Source: an uncultured Erysipelotrichaceae bacterium
GTDB taxonomy: Bacteria > Bacillota_I > Bacilli_A > RF39 > UBA660
Length of the DNA: 64,000 nt
Assembly: GCA_902786275.1 (NCBI GenBank)
Contig: CADACC010000002.1
Span: forward strand, 7,600-71,599
Direction of reading: 5' to 3'
This document shows positions 59,644-64,000 of this stretch, piece after piece; within the stretch, counting starts at the first letter, position 1, and each line of letters starts with the position of its first letter. The notes below the pieces were generated by a model. That model searched no databases and was not told where the DNA came from. It saw only the letters and a program-made list of their open reading frames with translations. A program made the translations under genes and the position numbers.

Positions 59644-59769
59644 ATATCCTCCTAATACTTAATTATTATAGCACATCAAAAAAAATAAGAGAAGAAAGTT
59701 TACACTCACATATTTTTATTATTTGTATAAACTATAAATGAAAAGACAAAAATAAAAGGAGGAATGAAC

Positions 59770-59859
59770 ATGAGTGTTAACTGTGGCGGAGGATTAGGAG
59801 CATCTATTATCTTAGTTTTATTTATTTTATTAATTATCATATTAGGAGCAGCTATTTAA
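59770..59859 (+). CDS. YjcZ-family tiny transmembrane sporulation peptide (29 aa), not in ORF track
   Basis: RBS AAGGAGG at 59755-59761 precedes ATG 59770. MSVNCGGGLGASIILVLFILLIIILGAAI matches the tiny_TM_bacill/YjcZ pattern: a Gly-rich N-terminus followed by FALIVVLFILLIIVG-like hydrophobic stretch. Confidence 0.45.
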   Translation: MSVNCGGGLGASIILVLFILLIIILGAAI

Positions 59860-59896
59860 GTCTTTTTATAAATAAGGAGGTGCCACAAAACTTATT

Positions 59897-60013
59897 ATGG
59901 GTACACTAAATAAAAACTGTGGAGGAGCAACACCTAAATCTACAAATAGTGCATTTGTAATTTTAATATTATTTATTTTAATGGCTATAGTAATAGGTGG
60001 AAGATTCTTCTAA
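59897..60013 (+). CDS. second YjcZ-family tiny TM peptide (38 aa), tandem paralogue
   Basis: RBS AAGGAGG precedes ATG 59897. MGTLNKNCGGATPKSTNSAFVILILFILMAIVIGGRFF shares the NCGG…ILILFIL core with the upstream peptide. Confidence 0.45.
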   Translation: MGTLNKNCGGATPKSTNSAFVILILFILMAIVIGGRFF

Positions 60014-60022
60014 TTAAAATAA

Positions 60023-60056
60023 AAAAGTACTGATTTACCAGTACTTTTTATTTTTA
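60023..60056. terminator. bidirectional terminator (YjcZ-like peptides + / CapA-family gene -)
   Basis: AAAAGTACTG attta CCAGTACTTTT with T-runs on both strands. Confidence 0.55.
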
Positions 60057-61232
60057 TTCATAAGCAGGAGTAATAATAAACTCTTCATTACCACCAGTAG
60101 TTATATTTTTATACTTTTCAAATATATTTTTATAATTACTTAGATATTTACCTATATTTGAATTACTAAATGGAACTACTTTATAGTTACTATGAGCAGA
60201 AGTGTAGTATGTATAATGAAGTTCTCCACCAACATTACTTATTTCTATTTTTGTTTCACCTTTATCAACAGTTTTAGTAATATCAAGGGTTCCAAGTAAA
60301 CCAACACGTTTATTTTCATCACCTTGATTTGATATGAAATTACCTAAAGAGTAGTAAACAATGGTATTTTCTTCCTTTTCAATAGGTTGAATAACATGTG
60401 GGTGAGCACCAATTATAACATCAACGCCAAGTTCAGATAAATATTTAGCAGTTTCTCTTTGGTTAGAATTTGGTTTATGAGTATATTCTTCACCCCAGTG
60501 CATTGCAACAAATAATACATCTACATTAGGTCTAACTGCTTCAATATCAGCTTTTACTTTATCTTTATTATATACATTTACAAGATATGGTTTTCCAGAA
60601 GGAACTGGAAGACCATTAGTATGCATTGTATAAGATAGCATTGCATATTTAATACCATTTACTTCACCATATATATGTCCAAGTCTATCTTCTTCACTAT
60701 CTGATTGACCATTCCATACAATGTTATTTTTTTCTTTCCAATAAGCAACAGAGTTTAAAACACCTTTCTCACCTTGATCCATAGAGTGATTATTAGCAAG
60801 TGATACCATATTAAATCCGATATCAATCATATTATCACCAAATTCAGAAGGTGAGTTAAATCTTGGATAACCAGAATATCCTCGTTCTTTTCCACCAAAT
60901 ATAGTTTCTTGATTCCAATATTTAATATCGTAATCTTTAATTAAATCTTTAACATATTCTAATTGATGTGAAAAGTTATAAGAACCATTTGTTGCAGCAT
61001 CTCTATATACATAACCATGTAAAAGACCATCTCCAGCCATAATTACTTTAGCTTTATAAACTTTAGGTTTATCATCTTCTTTTTTCATAGTTTTACTTGA
61101 TTTAGAACTACTACTAGATTTAGAAGATTTATTATTAAGTTTAGGATAAATAAAACATAAGATAGTACCCAAGATAATTAAAAATACAAAAACCTTAAAT
61201 AAAGGCTTAAATTTTTTCTTTCTTCTAGCCAT
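60054..61232 (-). CDS. CapA-family (PGA_cap) metallophosphatase-like protein, membrane-anchored
   Basis: N-terminal TM helix. …VIMAGDGLLHGYVY…, …GFNMVSLANNHSMDQG…, …VDVIIGAHPHVIQP… and …YSLGNFIS… are the CapA/PgsA-type motifs. Confidence 0.75.
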   Translation of the reverse strand: MARRKKKFKPLFKVFVFLIILGTILCFIYPKLNNKSSKSSSSSKSSKTMKKEDDKPKVYKAKVIMAGDGLLHGYVYRDAATNGSYNFSHQLEYVKDLIKDYDIKYWNQETIFGGKERGYSGYPRFNSPSEFGDNMIDIGFNMVSLANNHSMDQGEKGVLNSVAYWKEKNNIVWNGQSDSEEDRLGHIYGEVNGIKYAMLSYTMHTNGLPVPSGKPYLVNVYNKDKVKADIEAVRPNVDVLFVAMHWGEEYTHKPNSNQRETAKYLSELGVDVIIGAHPHVIQPIEKEENTIVYYSLGNFISNQGDENKRVGLLGTLDITKTVDKGETKIEISNVGGELHYTYYTSAHSNYKVVPFSNSNIGKYLSNYKNIFEKYKNITTGGNEEFIITPAYE

Positions 61233-61235
61233 TAA

Positions 61236-61604
61236 TTAATCCTCCGTCATAAGTTTATAAACTTCATCTTGAGATTTATTAATCTTTTGATTATAACCAG
61301 GAATAATATGTTGATGAAAATGTTTTATAACTTGTGCATCCATATAATTAACTATGAAAGTAGTACTATTTTTATGAAGCTTTTCTTCAAGTTTATCAGC
61401 TAACTTTCTCATAACTTTATTTATATGTAAAACTAATTCATCAGGTAATTCTTTATAATCTGTATAATGTTTTTTAGGAATAATTAATGTATGTCCTTCG
61501 CCATTAGGATATAAATCTAAAATACCTATGACTAAATCATCTTCATATATTTTTTTACTTGGTACATCACCATTTACTATTTTACAAAATAAACAATCAT
61601 CCAT
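61236..61604 (-). CDS. HIT-family (histidine triad) hydrolase
   Basis: MDDCLFCKIVNGDVPSKKIYEDDLVIGILDLYPNGEGHTLIIPKKH… and the HIT motif region …KHFHQHIIPGY…. Confidence 0.8.
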   Translation of the reverse strand: MDDCLFCKIVNGDVPSKKIYEDDLVIGILDLYPNGEGHTLIIPKKHYTDYKELPDELVLHINKVMRKLADKLEEKLHKNSTTFIVNYMDAQVIKHFHQHIIPGYNQKINKSQDEVYKLMTED

Positions 61605-61709
61605 AACTTTATTTCACTCCAATTCTAGATTAATTATAACAAATATAAAATATTTTGGGTACGTTTTTTTGGGTTATCGCATAAGGTATATTAAAAGGAG
61701 GATATTATT

Positions 61710-62234
61710 TTGGCTAGTTATAAAGAAATCGTTACTAAAACAGTAATTGGTAAGTCTAAAAAAACAATCAAGGATAAAGTTAAAATAATGCCTGAACAAA
61801 ATCCAAGTACTGTTTTAGGTTGCTGGGTTATAAATCACGAATTTAGTGGAAGTGTTACTAACAATAAAGCTCATGTAAATGGATCATATGATGTAAATGT
61901 GTGGTATTCTTACGATCAAGATCATAAAACTGCGGTTACTCAAAAAACATATACATACTCTGATGAATTAAATGTAAATATAAAGAATAATCAAACTTTA
62001 TCAAATAATACTGAAATAATTGTTAGAAGTTTAAAACAACCAACTGTATCTGATGTTAAAATAAATGGAAGTGAAATAGATTTGACAATTGAAAAAGAAT
62101 TAGGCGTTGAAATTGTCGGAGAAGCAAAAATTAAAGTGCCTATTGAAGATGATTTTGATGATTATGAAGAAATAATTGATGAAGAAAATATTGATGAAAT
62201 AATTGAAGAAATAGAACCAGAATATTTAAAATAG
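61710..62234 (+). CDS. cotE: spore coat morphogenetic protein CotE homologue (TTG start)
   Basis: MASYKEIVTKTVIGKSKK…MPEQNPSTVLGCWVINHEF…GSYDVNVWYSYDQDHKTAVTQKTY… aligns block-for-block with B. subtilis CotE (MSEYREIITKAVVAKGRK…PSSILGGWIINHKY…[22 protein letters not shown]…). The acidic C-terminus ends …EEIEPEYLK (compare …EDINPEFLV). RBS AAAGGAGGA is 7 nt upstream. Confidence 0.75.
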   Translation: MASYKEIVTKTVIGKSKKTIKDKVKIMPEQNPSTVLGCWVINHEFSGSVTNNKAHVNGSYDVNVWYSYDQDHKTAVTQKTYTYSDELNVNIKNNQTLSNNTEIIVRSLKQPTVSDVKINGSEIDLTIEKELGVEIVGEAKIKVPIEDDFDDYEEIIDEENIDEIIEEIEPEYLK

Positions 62235-62305
62235 GTGTTAACCAAAATTAGTTGACATATAATAGAATATATAGTAAAATTAATTGCATTAGAGGAGGTA
62301 TTATC

Positions 62306-62710
62306 ATGGCAGTTAAATTAAGATTAAAAAGAATGGGTTCAAAACAAAAACCTTTCTATCGTATTGTAGCAGCTGATTCTCGTTTTCCAAGAGATGGACG
62401 TTTTATTGAAATAGTTGGAACATATGATCCAACTAAGAAAGATGCTGATGTTACAGTAGACGAAGAAAAAGCATTAAAATGGTTAAATAATGGTGCTCAA
62501 CCAACTGATACTGTTAGAAGTATTTTATCTGGTAAAGGCATTATGGCTAAATATGCTGCATCTAAAGTAAAAAAAGGTGCTAAAAAAGTTGCATCTGCAG
62601 CAAAAGAAGAAAAAGTTGAAGAAAAGAAAACTGTAGCTAAAAAAACAACTACAGCTAAAAAAACTACAACAGCTAAGAAAACAACAACAACTAAAAAAGC
62701 AGGTAAATAA
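62306..62710 (+). CDS. rpsP: 30S ribosomal protein S16 with Lys/Thr-rich repetitive C-terminal extension
   Basis: [35 protein letters not shown]… is canonical S16. RBS GGAGGT precedes ATG 62306. The tail reads [28 protein letters not shown]. Confidence 0.85.
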   Translation: MAVKLRLKRMGSKQKPFYRIVAADSRFPRDGRFIEIVGTYDPTKKDADVTVDEEKALKWLNNGAQPTDTVRSILSGKGIMAKYAASKVKKGAKKVASAAKEEKVEEKKTVAKKTTTAKKTTTAKKTTTTKKAGK

Positions 62711-62712
62711 TT

Positions 62713-62958
62713 ATGGATATAATTACATTTACTGAAGAACTTGTAAAAAGTATTGTTAAAGAACCAGATATGGTTAAAGTACAAAGCTTTGGTGGTGAAG
62801 AAGAAGCTCAAATCCTTGAAATTATCGTTGCTGATTCTGATAAAGGAGCAGTAATTGGTAAAAATGGACGTATGGCTAATTCTCTTAGAACTATCGTACA
62901 AGCTTATGCTTATTTACATGATAACAAAAAGATTAAACTAAATATTGATTCTTTTTAA
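62713..62958 (+). CDS. KH-domain RNA-binding protein (YlqC/UPF0109 family)
   Basis: 81 aa. …VIGKNGRMANSLRTIV… is the KH GxxG loop. It sits in the usual position after rpsP. Confidence 0.8.
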   Translation: MDIITFTEELVKSIVKEPDMVKVQSFGGEEEAQILEIIVADSDKGAVIGKNGRMANSLRTIVQAYAYLHDNKKIKLNIDSF

Positions 62959-62986
62959 TGATTTCTTAAAAGAAATCATTTTTTTG
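62957..62986 (+). terminator. Rho-independent terminator
   Basis: AATGATTTCTT aa AAGAAATCATT + TTTTTT. Confidence 0.7.
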
Positions 62987-63016
62987 TGCTACAATATTTT
63001 TTAAGAGGTATCTAAT

Positions 63017-63469
63017 ATGGCTTTATCAGAAAAAAGAAGACAAGAGATTAATCGTCGTGTTGATTTAACTGGTGACTTTTTAATAAAAACTCATTTATCT
63101 ACAAGAGAAATAGCAGAACATTTCTCTGATAATTCAGATATTTATTTTAAAGCAAGCCATGTATCAATATCAGATTACGTAAAAAAATATATAATGAAAT
63201 ATCCTGAAAAAGAGAATTTAATTAAAGATATATTAGATGAAAACAAAGGATCAAGTCTTAATCAAGAAAGAATATTAAAAAGAATAAATGATGCGTATGC
63301 ATTCTTAGAACAAGGCTTAAACTTTGAAGAAATTGCTTATAAGCTAAGCGAAAGTTATTGGGTTATTTATTATGATATACATTTAAGATTACGTAAACTG
63401 GATAATCATCGTTATAAAATAGCTAAAGAATTTATAAAAAATAATCAAAAAAATAAAAACAAAAAGTAA
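63017..63469 (+). CDS. hypothetical protein (150 aa)
   Basis: Clean ORF with a sigma-A-like upstream region. No recognisable family. Confidence 0.45.
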   Translation: MALSEKRRQEINRRVDLTGDFLIKTHLSTREIAEHFSDNSDIYFKASHVSISDYVKKYIMKYPEKENLIKDILDENKGSSLNQERILKRINDAYAFLEQGLNFEEIAYKLSESYWVIYYDIHLRLRKLDNHRYKIAKEFIKNNQKNKNKK

Positions 63470-63536
63470 ATATAAACCAATTTATGAGTGTAAAGATTAT
63501 AAAAATAATGGTATACTTAAATAGTAGGTGATATGT

Positions 63537-63947
63537 ATGAATAAAAATGGGTTCACATTTATTGAATTATTAGCAGTTATTGTTTTAATTGCGTTAATTA
63601 CAGTTATTGCTGTTCCAACAATTAAGCTAGCTGATAAAAAGATTCAAACAAAAAATTTAAATGCAAAGTTAGAATTAATAAAAACCGCTGCTGAAAGTTA
63701 TGGTGACGATAATAAAGATGTACTTCTTTATCAAACAACAACAACTTATACAGACCCATCAAATAATGCTAAATATCCAAGCATAACAGTTACAGTTAGA
63801 GATTTACTTAATAATGGATATTTAGTAAAAGATAAAAATGAAAAAGGCGAAGATATTAAAAATCCTGTAACAAAGGAAAGCCTTCTTAATAAGACGATAA
63901 CAATTTACTATAAGAATAATAGGGTAAAAGCAAAACTTAATTTCTAG
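63537..63947 (+). CDS. type IV pilin / pseudopilin (prepilin-type N-terminal domain)
   Basis: MNKNGFTFIELLAVIVLIALITVIAVP… RBS TAGGTGA precedes ATG 63537. An extended -10 TGgTATACT lies at 63509-63517 upstream. Confidence 0.7.
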   Translation: MNKNGFTFIELLAVIVLIALITVIAVPTIKLADKKIQTKNLNAKLELIKTAAESYGDDNKDVLLYQTTTTYTDPSNNAKYPSITVTVRDLLNNGYLVKDKNEKGEDIKNPVTKESLLNKTITIYYKNNRVKAKLNF

Positions 63948-63962
63948 TTAGGGGGATATACC

Positions 63963-64000
63963 TTGAAACCAAAAGTAATATTTATGGGAACTCCAGACTT
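63963..64000 (+). CDS. fmt: methionyl-tRNA formyltransferase, 5' end only (TTG start), truncated by window edge
   Basis: RBS AGGGGGA then TTG. …KPKVIFMGTPD… is the typical Fmt N-terminus. Confidence 0.45.
   Translation, partial: MKPKVIFMGTPD

Noticed and set aside
1-64000. Mobile elements, integrases, transposases, tRNA and rRNA genes
   Set aside because: No transposase or integrase-like ORFs, terminal inverted repeats, tRNA cloverleaf signatures (GGTTCGAATCC-type T-loops) or rRNA-like segments were seen. The accessory pilin genes are not flanked by recognisable mobility genes within the window.

Overview
The window reads as low-GC (roughly 28-30% GC by eye) chromosomal DNA from an endospore-forming Firmicute, with Bacillus-like synteny and almost every gene on the + strand. 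Function calls come from protein motifs and gene order; no database search was possible.

The housekeeping backbone is clear:
- tex, trpS and two NifS-type cysteine desulfurases. One desulfurase sits with a thioredoxin and a thioredoxin-CcdA fusion; the other sits directly upstream of thiI.
- engB and der; rpoB and rpoC preceded by a YbxB-like methyltransferase.
- rpsD (- strand), an EzrA-like protein, and a RelA/SpoT-family protein that lacks the C-terminal regulatory half.
- ackA, a DHH/DHHA1 NrnA-like phosphoesterase, prsA (-), a CapA-family protein (-), a HIT protein (-), rpsP with a K/T-repeat tail, a KH protein, and the 5' end of fmt.

Sporulation genes are present:
- spoIVA immediately upstream of the HU gene, as in Bacillus subtilis.
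- A CotE homologue.
- Two tandem YjcZ-type tiny transmembrane peptides not in the ORF track.
- A possible SpoVIF-like small protein.

The striking accessory content is a family of at least eight genes. Each protein starts with a type IV prepilin (class III) signal, K/NGFTL[IV]EL followed by a hydrophobic helix. Each has a different C-terminal domain:
- two short ComGC-like pilins;
- a roughly 800-aa Cys-rich protein interrupted by a frameshift;
- a BspA-type leucine-rich-repeat fusion sitting next to an SLT-type lytic transglycosylase;
- four paralogues whose C-terminal domain is glycine-rich (GGxGG blocks, a conserved CCC(C) cluster), one of which also carries Listeria-Bacteroides (Flg_new) repeats.

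Three of the glycine-rich paralogues form a tandem operon with a near-consensus sigma-A promoter and a terminator. That operon lies inside the otherwise conserved der ... spoIVA-hbs neighbourhood. No pilus ATPase, platform protein or prepilin peptidase gene is in the window. No CRISPR array, transposase or integrase gene, tRNA or rRNA gene was found.
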